NCBI GenBank assembly: GCA_965202805.1
Contig: OZ241869.1
Span: forward strand, 3,552,001-3,616,000
DNA length: 64,000 bases
Direction of reading: 5' to 3'
Origin: Longimicrobiales bacterium
GTDB taxonomy: Bacteria; Gemmatimonadota; Gemmatimonadetes; Longimicrobiales; Gaopeijiaceae
This document shows positions 21,214 to 30,852 of this stretch, one piece after another; position 1 is the first letter of the stretch; each line of letters opens with the position of its first letter. The notes beneath the pieces are model-generated. The model did no database searches and was not told where the DNA came from. It saw only the letters and a list, made by a program, of their open reading frames with translations. The position numbers and the translations under genes were made by a program.

Positions 21214-21423
21214 GTGAGGAAGACCAGCGTCGAAGTGGACCACGCCCTGATCGAAAAGGTGCGAGGTCTGCTGGGGACATCCTCGATCAAGGAGACGATC
21301 GACGGTGCCCTGCGCGAAGTCCTGCGCAGCGAGGCTCGGCGTCAGGAGATCGCGGCGCTGAAGAGCATGGAGGGTCTGGACCTCTCGAACGAGGAAGTCA
21401 TGGCTGGGGCCTGGCGCACCTGA
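21214..21423 (+). CDS. vapB: VapB-family antitoxin
   Basis: RKTSVEVDHALIEKVRGLLGTSSIKETIDGALREV; GGAGG RBS; precedes a PIN gene. Confidence 0.82.
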   Translation: MRKTSVEVDHALIEKVRGLLGTSSIKETIDGALREVLRSEARRQEIAALKSMEGLDLSNEEVMAGAWRT

Positions 21424-21434
21424 CCCACCACGCA

Positions 21435-21848
21435 GTGTCCTCCACCTGTCTGATCGACAAGAGCGCGCTCGCACGGATGCAGCATCCGGTGGTCCGGGCC
21501 CGTCTGGCGCCCATCATCGAGTCGGGCCGGGCGGCAACCTGCGCCATCATCGATCTGGAGGTCCTCTACTCGACGCGCAATCATGCCGATCACTCGCGCA
21601 CCCGTACCCGGCGCGCGCTGGCATACCGGCAGATCGAGCTGAGCAACGCGATTTTCCAGCGGGCCATCACGGTGCAGGGAGAACTCGCCCGAGCCGGACA
21701 ACACCGGATACCGATTCCGGACCTCATCATCGCCGCGGCAGCGGAGGCTGCCGGGGCTACAGTCGTTCACTACGACTCCGACTTCGACACGATTGCCGCA
21801 GTGACGGGTCAGGAAGTGCGGTGGGTGGCGCCGCGGGGATCTCTGTAG
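21435..21848 (+). CDS. vapC: VapC/PIN-domain toxin (start uncertain)
   Basis: LIDKSAL, DLEVLYS, PDLIIAAAAE, VVHYDSDFD, WVAPRGSL. Confidence 0.85.
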   Translation: MSSTCLIDKSALARMQHPVVRARLAPIIESGRAATCAIIDLEVLYSTRNHADHSRTRTRRALAYRQIELSNAIFQRAITVQGELARAGQHRIPIPDLIIAAAAEAAGATVVHYDSDFDTIAAVTGQEVRWVAPRGSL

Positions 21849-21951
21849 CTCCCGTCCGCAGGTCCATCTCGCGTCGACATCGTCCGCCTGCCGGCGACAG
21901 GGAGAAGGTCGCGGTGCTCGGCTGGGAATCGGGACGGACGCCGTGCTCTCG

Positions 21952-23067
21952 CTACGCCACCACCTCCGCGAACGCGGCCCCCATCTTCTCCAGCGCCTCC
22001 TGCAGCTCGTGCTCGGGCGGGCCGAATCCGAGCCGGAGGTAGTGGTCCATGCCGAAGTGGTCGCCGGGCACCACCAGCACGGACTTCTCGGCGCGCAGCT
22101 TCTCCGCCAGCTCGCTCGAATTGACGGGGGCGTCGTAGCGGACGTAGCAGATCGCGCCCGCGTCGGGGGGATGGTAGTTGAAGAGGCCGTTGTGCGACTC
22201 CATCCACTCGGTGACCAGCGGCAGGTTGTTGCGCAGGATCGAGCGCGTGCGCGCCAGGATGCGGGAGCGGGCTTCCGGGGCGAGAGCCGCGGTCGCGAGG
22301 ATGTCGGAAAGGGTCGCCGGGGTGATGGTCGTGAAGTCGGTGCGCGCCCAGAGGGTCTCGGTGATGTCGGCCGGGGCGACGATCCAGCCGATGCGCAGCC
22401 CCGGCGTGCCGTACGCCTTCGAGAGCGAGTTGGTCACGATGGTGCGCTCGTATTCGCCCCACATGGAGGGCGTCGGGATGCCGGAAAGCTCCGCGCCCTG
22501 GTAGACCTCGTCGCACAGGATCCATGCGCCCGCCCGTGCGGCGGCTTCGACGATGCCCCGGCGCGACTCGGGGGAAAGGCAGGTCCCGGTCGGGTTGTTG
22601 GGATTGGTGATCAGGATGAAGCGCACGTCGTCGTCGAGGATGGCCCGCAACTGGTCAAGGTCGGGTTGCCAGCCGTCCTCCTCAAGGAGCTCGAAGGGGC
22701 GCACCAGGCCGCCGAAGTTCCGCACCAGCCCGGGCACCTGCATGTAGTTCGGGACCATGACGGCGGCGGGCGCCCCGGGCTCCATGAGCTGCCAGCACGC
22801 GGCCATGTTGGCCTCGGCGCCGCCCGTGGTGACCACCACTTCGTCGGGGGTGACGTTGTCGTAGAGGGCGGCGATGCGCTCCCTCAGCTCGTCCGAGCCG
22901 TTGGACTGGCCATAGCCGAGGCTCGACGCTCCCAGGTTCTCCATCCCGGTGAGTTCGAGCAGTTCATCCAGCGAGAGCGGGTCGACGCCGCTCTCGGAGA
23001 GGTTGTAGCGGACGCGGTGCTCGAAGACGGACTGCCAGCGCTCCATCTCGAATCGGTCGAGTTTCAC
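21952..23067 (-). CDS. PLP-dependent aminotransferase, class I/II
   Basis: NPNNPTG, DEVY, SLSKAYGTPGLRIGW. Confidence 0.9.
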   Translation of the reverse strand: MKLDRFEMERWQSVFEHRVRYNLSESGVDPLSLDELLELTGMENLGASSLGYGQSNGSDELRERIAALYDNVTPDEVVVTTGGAEANMAACWQLMEPGAPAAVMVPNYMQVPGLVRNFGGLVRPFELLEEDGWQPDLDQLRAILDDDVRFILITNPNNPTGTCLSPESRRGIVEAAARAGAWILCDEVYQGAELSGIPTPSMWGEYERTIVTNSLSKAYGTPGLRIGWIVAPADITETLWARTDFTTITPATLSDILATAALAPEARSRILARTRSILRNNLPLVTEWMESHNGLFNYHPPDAGAICYVRYDAPVNSSELAEKLRAEKSVLVVPGDHFGMDHYLRLGFGPPEHELQEALEKMGAAFAEVVA

Positions 23068-23094
23068 GGGCGTGCCTCCGTGGGTTCAGGTTTG

Positions 23095-24597
23095 TCAGCG
23101 GATCCCTATCAGGCCGCGCACGGACTCGATGAGCGCGTCACTGTCCCAGCCGATGCCGTGGCGGAAGACGATGCTCGTGTCCCGGATGTTGCCGTCCGCT
23201 TCCACGTCCCCCTCCACGACCGCGAGATCGGCACGCTTCCCGGCCTCCACGCTGCCCACGTCGTCGAAGATGCCGAGCACGCGCGCCCCGTTGGCGCTCA
23301 TGATCTCCACTACCTCGGGGGCGGTGAAGCCGGCTTCCAGAAGCAGCTCGAAGTTGCGCTGGTCGCCCAGCCCCGGAGGCGCCGCGCCGTATCCGGTGGG
23401 GTCCACACCGGCCGCCAGCAGGCCTCCCGCCTGCACGAAGGCGTACTCGTAGTCCATCGCAACCCGCAGCAGCTCCGGGGAGAGCCCCACGCCCGACCCC
23501 GGGTCGGCGGCGCGGATCTGGTCGAACTGCGCCCGGACGTCGGCGGCCACCTCCGGCGCCAGAACCTCCCAGACCCGGGGGTCGAGGGGGCCCCGGCCGG
23601 GAACGGAGATCTCGTAGACGGCGAGCGTCGAGGTCATCGACACATCGTTGTCGACCATGTCGCGGAAGGTCTGCTGCACCTCCGGGCCGTTGACGTCCAG
23701 GTCCCCATAGGTATTGCGGAATCCGGGCGGGCATTCGTCGGGCTGCTTGGAGGGATCGTACTCGCTGTTGGCGAACAGGCCGTGCTCCAGGTTGTCGATC
23801 CCGAGCGCCACCGCTTCCCTGTAACCCACTGAGCAAAGATGCGCAGTGACGTTTATGCCGTGGGCGTGGGCCTCCTCGATCGCGGCGCCCAGCTCGGCGC
23901 GGCTGATCCAGGTGTAGGCCTTGAACCAGTCCACGCCTTCCTCCGACCAGTAGCGCACCACCCGGCGCGCGGTTTCGGGGCCGTCCAGCTGCGCCATGGT
24001 GCGGCTCCCCCGCTGACCCGTGAGATAGGGCCCGGTCACGAAGATGGTCGGCCCGACCGCGAGCCCCGCCTCGATCTCCTCCTGGAGGTTGATCTCCTCG
24101 TAGGGCGCGCGGGCTCCCGTGGTGCGGATGGTCGTCAGTCCGGAGGCCAGATACAGGCGCGGCGAGCTGAAGGAGAGCTGGGCCGCCCGCCCCCCGGCCG
24201 CCGTGTAGAAGCTGTGGTTGTGCAACCCGATCAACCCGGGCATCACCGTGTGCCCCGAGAGGTCGAGCACCTCCGCGCCATCGGGCACGTCGACCTCGCC
24301 GTCGTTCCCCACCGCCGCGATGCGTCCGTCCGCGATCACCACGGTCTGACCGTCGCGCGCGGGCTCTCCGGTGCCGTCGATCAGCTTCACCCCGGTGAGC
24401 GCGACCGGGTCGGCGTCCACGGCGATCAGGTCGGCGAACTCCTGGGCGGGATCCGCCGCCGGGGCCACGGCGGCCTCCGGCTCGGGGGCGTCCGCTTCCT
24501 GCGATGCGGGCGCTTCGCAGGCAGCGACCCACGCCAGGATGGTGCCCAGCAGCACCGTGGTCGCGAAGGGGGCATGTCGCTCGCGATCATCTCTCAT
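23095..24597 (-). CDS. Amidohydrolase-family protein, lipoprotein-like
   Basis: PGLIGLHNH, WFKAY, VTAH, LEHG, GSVEAGKRADL. Confidence 0.85.
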   Translation of the reverse strand: MRDDRERHAPFATTVLLGTILAWVAACEAPASQEADAPEPEAAVAPAADPAQEFADLIAVDADPVALTGVKLIDGTGEPARDGQTVVIADGRIAAVGNDGEVDVPDGAEVLDLSGHTVMPGLIGLHNHSFYTAAGGRAAQLSFSSPRLYLASGLTTIRTTGARAPYEEINLQEEIEAGLAVGPTIFVTGPYLTGQRGSRTMAQLDGPETARRVVRYWSEEGVDWFKAYTWISRAELGAAIEEAHAHGINVTAHLCSVGYREAVALGIDNLEHGLFANSEYDPSKQPDECPPGFRNTYGDLDVNGPEVQQTFRDMVDNDVSMTSTLAVYEISVPGRGPLDPRVWEVLAPEVAADVRAQFDQIRAADPGSGVGLSPELLRVAMDYEYAFVQAGGLLAAGVDPTGYGAAPPGLGDQRNFELLLEAGFTAPEVVEIMSANGARVLGIFDDVGSVEAGKRADLAVVEGDVEADGNIRDTSIVFRHGIGWDSDALIESVRGLIGIR

Positions 24598-24753
24598 GGG
24601 TCCTCCTCCCACGTGGTTTCGTTCCAGAGGATGAAAAAGGCAGGGCTGGCGGCTTTCGCACAATGGGCTGGCGGCTTCCGCACAATGGCAGGTGTCCGGA
24701 ATGGCGTCTTGCCGGGGTCGGATCCGGCGCGAGCCACGCGCTCCACCAGGCGG

Positions 24754-27075
24754 TCACGGCTCGACCTCGAAGACGAACTTCATCCCGGCCTCCAGGTGCT
24801 CCGCGATGTGGCAGTGGACCATCCAGCGTCCGGGGTTGGAGAGCTCGAGCAGGATGTCGGTGGTGGAGCCGGTCGGCAGCAGCACGGTGTCCTTCCACAC
24901 CAGGTTGTCGTTGGGGACGCCGTTCTGCGAGAGCACCAGGAAGCGCTGTCCGTGGATGTGCAGCGGGTGCTGCATGGCGTGGAAGGCGTTGCGGTCGTTG
25001 TGGAGCCGGACCTTGACCACGTCGCCCACCCGGAAGCTCCAGCGGATGTCCATGTTCTCGCGTCCGCTTCCGGGCTCGCGCAGGATCCAGCGCGCCTGAC
25101 CGCCATCGCTCGCCCAGTTCATGACCGGCATGGTGCCGCTCCACTCCACCGGGTTGAAGTACGCCCAGTCGTAGAGCATCGACTGCTCCACGGGGCGGGG
25201 CAGGTCCTCGACTTCGAGGGTGAGGTCGAGCGCGTGGTCGACGGGGCGGTCGAAGTGCTCGCGGTAGGCGTCGATGTCGCGCGTGACATCCACGTTCTCG
25301 CGCAGGGCCGCGAAGGCGCGCGCGTGATCGAGCGGGGCAGGCTCGGGGTCGACGACGACGCTGCCCATCACCCGCGACTCGCTGAAGAAGACGCCCTCGC
25401 GGTGGCTGATGGCCTGCACCCGGTTGGAGAGCGCGAACTCGCCGGCCTCGTCGAAGCGCACTTCCACGACGTAGCGCTCGGCCGGGGAGATGACCACGCT
25501 CTCGGCCATCACCTCCCGTTCGAACCTGCCGACGTCGGAAGCCACCACCTTGACGGGAAGCGTGCGGGCGGAGCCGTCGGTGGTGGTTCCGGATTCGCCG
25601 GTCGGGATGCCGGACGAGTCGAGCGAGGTGGAACCATCGTCCGCGCGAGCGAACGACAGGTTGAAGGTCCGCGTGTTGGAGACGTTGGTGAGGAAGAAGC
25701 GCACCACCTCTCCGCGCCGGACGCTCAGCGCGTACTCGGGCTCGCCGTTCACGAGAAGGATGTTCCCGAAGCGGCCCATGAGCGCGTAGTTGCTCGAGTC
25801 CTCCCCGAAGGGCACGATGCCGTCCTCGCCCAGCAGAAGGTCGTCCAGCATCAGCACCTGTTCCCGGTTCACCGGGCCGTAGTAGTCGGCGCGCGGCGAG
25901 TCCACCAGCAGGTTCCCGTAGAGACCCATCTCCTGCTGGACGTCCTCCCGGTGGTGGGGATGGTACCAGTAGATGCCGGCGTCCGGGAAATGGATCCGGT
26001 AGCGGAAGGTCTCGCCGGGCTCGACCGGGTCCTGGGTGACCCCGGGGACGCCGTCGAAGCGGTTGTCGAGGCGGATGCCGTGCCAGTGGATGGCCGTCGG
26101 CAGCGGCGTGCGGTTGGTGAAGTTGACGAAGATGGTCGCGCTCTCGGGCACCTGGATGAGGGGGCCGGGCTGCTGCCCGTTGAAGGCCAGCATGGCCACC
26201 GGGCGGCCGCCGACGTCGCGGCGGACGAAGTCGGCTTCGAGGTCCAGGGTGCCGCCGTCGCCGAGCTGCACGAGTTGGCGCGGCCGGACCGGCGGGAGGT
26301 CCTCCGGCACCGGGGCTTCGGGCAGCCAGGCATCCACGCGCGGCCGGAGCGCCATGATGCCCGGCAGCATCGGCAGGCCGGGGTACATGGGGGGCAGGCT
26401 CCATGCGGATCCGTCCATGGCGCCGGCGTGGTCATGGGACATTCCCGGGGGCGCGCGGAGGGCCTCGGGGGCCTGGGCCAGCAGGTCGTGGGCTTCCATC
26501 AGGCTGCTGGGGGAGCGGCCACGCAGGACGAGGCGGCCTTCACGCTCGCCGGCGGTGGCGGAGGCCTCCGCGGTGATCAGGATGAGGAACTTGTTGAACG
26601 AGATGCGGCCGAGGGGGTTGCGGCCGTTGCCCACCGGTCCGAGGCGGATCACGGGATCCAGCGTGGCCGTGGTGGCCCAGGCCACGTACGACTCGTAGGG
26701 CCCGAGGTCGGCGGGATCCGGAAGGCCGCGCAGCCATGCGGTCAGGTTGTGGACGTGATTTCCCCCGGCGGTCACCGTCACCCCGAAGGGCCCAGGCACG
26801 CGGCCCAGCTCGACCACCCCCCAGGCGTCCCGTCCGGCGGCGGTCGCGTGCAGGTCGAAGCAGAAGAGATCCGTCGGTGTCTGCCCCACGGGAGAGGCTG
26901 CGCCGCCGGCCAGCCGGGCGCCCCGGGCCCCCGCGGAACAGAGGGTCGAGAGGTCGGACTGCTGGGGCGCGAGCGCCGCGGCCCCTCCCGGCAGGAAGCC
27001 GGCCAGAGCGACCACGGTCAACGCCGCCCGAATGCCGGGGGGAGTTTGTCCACGGGCTGCCAGGTCGCGCATCAT
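24754..27075 (-). CDS. Multicopper oxidase with fused N-terminal accessory domain
   Basis: HWHG, WYHPH, HPLHIHG, HCHIAEHLEAGM copper ligands; about 200-aa N-terminal extension. Confidence 0.9.
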   Translation of the reverse strand: MMRDLAARGQTPPGIRAALTVVALAGFLPGGAAALAPQQSDLSTLCSAGARGARLAGGAASPVGQTPTDLFCFDLHATAAGRDAWGVVELGRVPGPFGVTVTAGGNHVHNLTAWLRGLPDPADLGPYESYVAWATTATLDPVIRLGPVGNGRNPLGRISFNKFLILITAEASATAGEREGRLVLRGRSPSSLMEAHDLLAQAPEALRAPPGMSHDHAGAMDGSAWSLPPMYPGLPMLPGIMALRPRVDAWLPEAPVPEDLPPVRPRQLVQLGDGGTLDLEADFVRRDVGGRPVAMLAFNGQQPGPLIQVPESATIFVNFTNRTPLPTAIHWHGIRLDNRFDGVPGVTQDPVEPGETFRYRIHFPDAGIYWYHPHHREDVQQEMGLYGNLLVDSPRADYYGPVNREQVLMLDDLLLGEDGIVPFGEDSSNYALMGRFGNILLVNGEPEYALSVRRGEVVRFFLTNVSNTRTFNLSFARADDGSTSLDSSGIPTGESGTTTDGSARTLPVKVVASDVGRFEREVMAESVVISPAERYVVEVRFDEAGEFALSNRVQAISHREGVFFSESRVMGSVVVDPEPAPLDHARAFAALRENVDVTRDIDAYREHFDRPVDHALDLTLEVEDLPRPVEQSMLYDWAYFNPVEWSGTMPVMNWASDGGQARWILREPGSGRENMDIRWSFRVGDVVKVRLHNDRNAFHAMQHPLHIHGQRFLVLSQNGVPNDNLVWKDTVLLPTGSTTDILLELSNPGRWMVHCHIAEHLEAGMKFVFEVEP

Positions 27076-27173
27076 CTCCCGTGCCTGCAGGTGAACTCGA
27101 AGTTCGGGTTTGGTTCCCGGGCGGATGTTCCATAATATGGGCGCGCGGCGCGCACGCGAACCGATGACGACCC

Positions 27174-28772
27174 ATGCCCCGGGAGACGGCCGTGAAGACG
27201 ACGGAAGCGCACTGGTACGACCTGACCGCCGCCCGCATGTCGCGGCGCGATTTCGTGAGGATCGGCCGCGATGTGGCCGGCATTGTCGCGCTGGGCTCGC
27301 TGGGCGCCTGCCGGAGCGACCGCACGGCACAACTGGCTGTCTCTCCGTTCCCGTCGGGGGTCGCGTCCGGCGATCCGGACGCCGAAGGGATGGTTCTGTG
27401 GACGCGCCTGTCGGGGGAAGGGATGCGCGACGCGGGTCTGGCGACCGAACCGGTCGCGGTGCGCTGGGAGGTGGCGGCCGACGAGAGCTTCTCGCGCGTC
27501 GTTCGGCAGGGCACCCAGCTGGCGGTCCCCGAACTGGGCCACTCGGTCCATGTTGAAGTGGAAGGACTCGAGCCCGACCGGCCGTACTGGTATCGCTTCA
27601 TGACGGGAGGCGACCAGAGCCCGGTCGGCCGCACCCGCACCCTGCCCGCGCCCGGTACGCCCGCCGACCGGCTGCGCTTCGCCTTCGCATCGTGCCAGAA
27701 CTACGAGCACGGCTACTACACCGCCTTCCGGCACATGGCGGAGGAGGAACTGGACCTGGTCTTCCACCTCGGCGACTACATCTACGAGGTGGGATACGGC
27801 GACAACCTGGTGCGCGCGCACGAGGCGGGCGAGGTGTTCACCCTCGACGACTACCGCGCCCGCTATTCCCTCTACCGGTCCGACCCCGACCTGCAGGCCG
27901 CCCACGCGGCATTCCCCTGGGCGATCACCTTCGACGACCACGAGGTGGACAACAACTGGGCGTCGGACGTGGCCGAGGACGACCAGTCTCCCGCGCAACT
28001 GCTGCTGCGCCGCACGGCCGCCTTCCAGGCCTTCTACGAGTTCATGCCGGTGCGGCGTTCGTCTTTGCCCAGCGGGCCGGACATCCAGGTCTACCGCCGG
28101 CTGCACTTCGGCGGCCTGGCCGACTTCCACGTGCTGGACAGCCGCCAGTACCGCTCCGACCAGGCGTGTGGCGACACCAACGGGCCGCTGTGCGCGGAGG
28201 CGCTCGAGCCCGGCCGCACCATGCTGGGGCCGGAGCAGGAGGATTGGCTGTTCGCGGGTCTGGCCGAGTCGGAGAGCAGCTGGAACGTGCTCGCCAACCA
28301 GGTCATGATCGCCCGGCTGGAGGGCTCCCGGGACGGGGAACCCACCGTCTCGATGGACCGCTGGGACGGATACCCGGAAGCTCAGGACCGGCTGCTCTCC
28401 TTCCTGGACCGGACCCGGCCGGCGAACCCGGTGGTGCTCACCGGCGACATCCACAGCAACTGGGCAGCGGATCTGAAGGCGGACCCGCGCGACCCGTCGT
28501 CCGGCATCGTGGGTGCCGAACTGGTGGGCACGTCCATCAGCTCCGGGGGAGACGGGCAGGACACGCGCCCGGGTACCGCCGACTCGCTTGCCCGCAACCC
28601 GCACATCCACTTCTTCAACGGCCAGCGGGGCTACGTTCGCTGTGCCGCAACCCCGGATCGCCTCGTCGCGGACTACCGCATCGTCCCATACGTCACGCGC
28701 CCCGGGGCCCCCGTGGAGACGCGCGCCTCCTTCGTCGTCGAGGCCGGCCGGCCGGGGCTGCTGCCGGCGTAA
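27174..28772 (+). CDS. phoD: Alkaline phosphatase D, Tat signal
   Basis: SRRDF Tat motif, GVASGDP, ASCQNY, HLGDYIYE, DDHEVDNN, WDGY, LTGDIH. Confidence 0.92.
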   Translation: MPRETAVKTTEAHWYDLTAARMSRRDFVRIGRDVAGIVALGSLGACRSDRTAQLAVSPFPSGVASGDPDAEGMVLWTRLSGEGMRDAGLATEPVAVRWEVAADESFSRVVRQGTQLAVPELGHSVHVEVEGLEPDRPYWYRFMTGGDQSPVGRTRTLPAPGTPADRLRFAFASCQNYEHGYYTAFRHMAEEELDLVFHLGDYIYEVGYGDNLVRAHEAGEVFTLDDYRARYSLYRSDPDLQAAHAAFPWAITFDDHEVDNNWASDVAEDDQSPAQLLLRRTAAFQAFYEFMPVRRSSLPSGPDIQVYRRLHFGGLADFHVLDSRQYRSDQACGDTNGPLCAEALEPGRTMLGPEQEDWLFAGLAESESSWNVLANQVMIARLEGSRDGEPTVSMDRWDGYPEAQDRLLSFLDRTRPANPVVLTGDIHSNWAADLKADPRDPSSGIVGAELVGTSISSGGDGQDTRPGTADSLARNPHIHFFNGQRGYVRCAATPDRLVADYRIVPYVTRPGAPVETRASFVVEAGRPGLLPA

Positions 28773-28884
28773 ACGCGGCCGATGCCGGTTGCCCTTGCCC
28801 GCGTCTTCCGGAAGTCGGTCGGTGGGTTCTTAGGGGCATACGGGATTGCATCACTTGGCGCGCTCTTGTTAAGCAAGTGACGGA

Positions 28885-28959
28885 CAAGTAAGAAATTTAC
28901 TGCCGCACAATATCTTACGTAGTTTTCCACACCGAATCGGGCCGGTTTGTAAAGTAAGA
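28885..28959 (+). repeat. 75-bp AT-rich imperfect direct repeat, copy 1
   Basis: Ungapped alignment to 30537-30611, 54/75 identical by hand count. Confidence 0.8.
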
Positions 28960-28977
28960 ACAGGGCTCTGGCGGAAC

Positions 28978-30444
28978 TCACACCGCCCAGAACGGCACGT
29001 ATTTCATGTACTTCGGCGACGCATTCCGGTCGAACGGCGCGATCGCTCCTTCCTGCACCGAATCCCTGATGATTCTCGACACCCAAACGCGGTTGTTATC
29101 GCCAAGCCCGAGCCGTTCCCGCAAAGAGGTGTTGGTCAGGAAGTCGCCGTCCACGTAACGCAAGCTGGCGTGATGGTACACGGCGCGAATGCGCTCCCGC
29201 CGGTCCATCTCCTTCGGATTCTTTCCGGCGAAGAGTACGACCTGCGTTGCTTCCGGTGGGGTCCGGAAGTCGGGTGGGGGCAGGTGAGACGATTCCACGG
29301 CGAAGATCACCTTGTCGATTCCGGTCCCCCGCTCCTCGCAGAGCCCGAACCGGCGCATCAGCGAAGCCAGCGACTCGTTCCGCGATTTCGGGGCGCCGTC
29401 GATGAAGCGCACGGTCTCCACGAGCGGCTCTCCGGGATTCGTCACTTCGAGACGGCGATCGAAGATCTCGACCATGGGCCCGGCACCGCGCACCGAGAAA
29501 TCCTGATGTATGAGGGCGTTCGCGACCAACTCTCGAACTGCTTCTTCGGGAAACATGCGGACGGTCCGGCGCACGCCCCCGTCGAACGTTTCACTCGCGG
29601 GCAGGATGCCGTTCAAATAGGCCATCATCCCGTCAAATCCGACGGCGTAGCCCGCATGCAACTCGTGCTCTCTGCTGGCATGGTACCGGCCCTTGCCCTG
29701 GTACTGGACGATACGCAAGGCTTTCCGCCCGATCCGCCCGAAATCTCGCAGATCTCGCGCCAACGCGATGGCGCCGAGATTCGTGATGTCGTACAGGCCA
29801 TCGTTTCTGTTGCGGATCAAGTCTTCCGAGCGAAGCCTCTCCATCTGTCGCTCGTGGTCCGGCACCACTGGCAGTTTCATGAGATCGAAGTAAGCCACGC
29901 AGTCGAGCTTGGAGACCACTTCCTCCGCGGTGACGCCCTCAGCCGCGATATCTTTTTCGAAGATCAGGCGCTCGAGGGACCTCCAAAGGGCACGTTCCTT
30001 GGCCGGATAATCGCGGAGTCTTCGCTTGCTGCTTCCCACGCGGATGTACTCGGTACCCTTGAAAGCCACGGGCTGGCCGCTCGCTGGTTCGATTTCCAAC
30101 AGCACGATGGCCTTCCCCGTCACCGTAGCTTCATGGAATCGGAAATCGACTTGGGGTCGGAGCCCGCGGAGCAGCCACGCCTCCAAAGGCTCGTTGCCCT
30201 TCTTTGCCACCGAAGGCGAAAACGTGGTCCCAACGAAGGCGTGAGTTTCGTCCTCAACGCCCCAGATCATGTGGGCGCGCGTCGTGCCCAATAGTGCTGC
30301 GGCGTTGGCCAGGGCGGAGATGTACTCGCCGATTCCGTTCGGGTCCTGGTAGTTGCGCTTGAACTCGGTGGACTCGGTTTCCTGTGGGAGCCCGACGAGT
30401 CGTTGAACCGCTTGCGCGATTCGTGTCGCGTCTGGCTCTGGCAT
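28978..30444 (-). CDS. Schlafen/AlbA_2 domain plus HATPase_c_4-like domain and winged-helix protein
   Basis: ETESTEFK, ISALANA, WGVED, YIRVGS, RELVANALIHQD, EVTNPG, CEERGTGIDK. Confidence 0.85.
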   Translation of the reverse strand: MPEPDATRIAQAVQRLVGLPQETESTEFKRNYQDPNGIGEYISALANAAALLGTTRAHMIWGVEDETHAFVGTTFSPSVAKKGNEPLEAWLLRGLRPQVDFRFHEATVTGKAIVLLEIEPASGQPVAFKGTEYIRVGSSKRRLRDYPAKERALWRSLERLIFEKDIAAEGVTAEEVVSKLDCVAYFDLMKLPVVPDHERQMERLRSEDLIRNRNDGLYDITNLGAIALARDLRDFGRIGRKALRIVQYQGKGRYHASREHELHAGYAVGFDGMMAYLNGILPASETFDGGVRRTVRMFPEEAVRELVANALIHQDFSVRGAGPMVEIFDRRLEVTNPGEPLVETVRFIDGAPKSRNESLASLMRRFGLCEERGTGIDKVIFAVESSHLPPPDFRTPPEATQVVLFAGKNPKEMDRRERIRAVYHHASLRYVDGDFLTNTSLRERLGLGDNNRVWVSRIIRDSVQEGAIAPFDRNASPKYMKYVPFWAV

Positions 30445-30536
30445 GGCTGCTCCCCGCCGTTCCCCGAAAGCCATCGTCCGTCGCCAGCTAACGGATTCGG
30501 GCTTGCGGAGTGGACCCCATCTTTGCAAGTTGCAGG

Positions 30537-30611
30537 CAAGTAAGAAAATCAAATGATTACAACATCTTATGAAGTTTTCAACAAAAAAGCAACGCGGTTT
30601 GTAAAGTAAGA
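30537..30611 (+). repeat. 75-bp AT-rich imperfect direct repeat, copy 2
   Basis: Shares CAAGTAAGAAA..ATCTTA..AGTTTTC..CGGTTTGTAAAGTAAGA with copy 1. Confidence 0.8.
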
Positions 30612-30852
30612 TGGACGGTTTTCCTGGCACTTGGAGCAGTTGGCGGTCGACTGCCGCGTTGTGCCCTGTCTCACTTCAAGGCTTGGAAGAAGCCTCGGCG
30701 GAATCTGCGGCCCCGGGACCACGGCGAACCACATCCCCATCCGTACTCGTGCTCGCGGGCCCCGTGCGCGCGAGGTCCGAATCACGTTACTATGACCGGT
30801 CGGACCCGAGCGGGTCCGGAAACCTGTTGCCATCCTGCCGAAGGAGTTCGCC

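Noticed and set aside
23839..27135. 1098-aa plus-strand ORF, and similar long ORFs at 12012-13979, 17798-19786 and 42721-45120
   Set aside because: Antisense to well-supported genes and without motifs; expected in high-GC DNA
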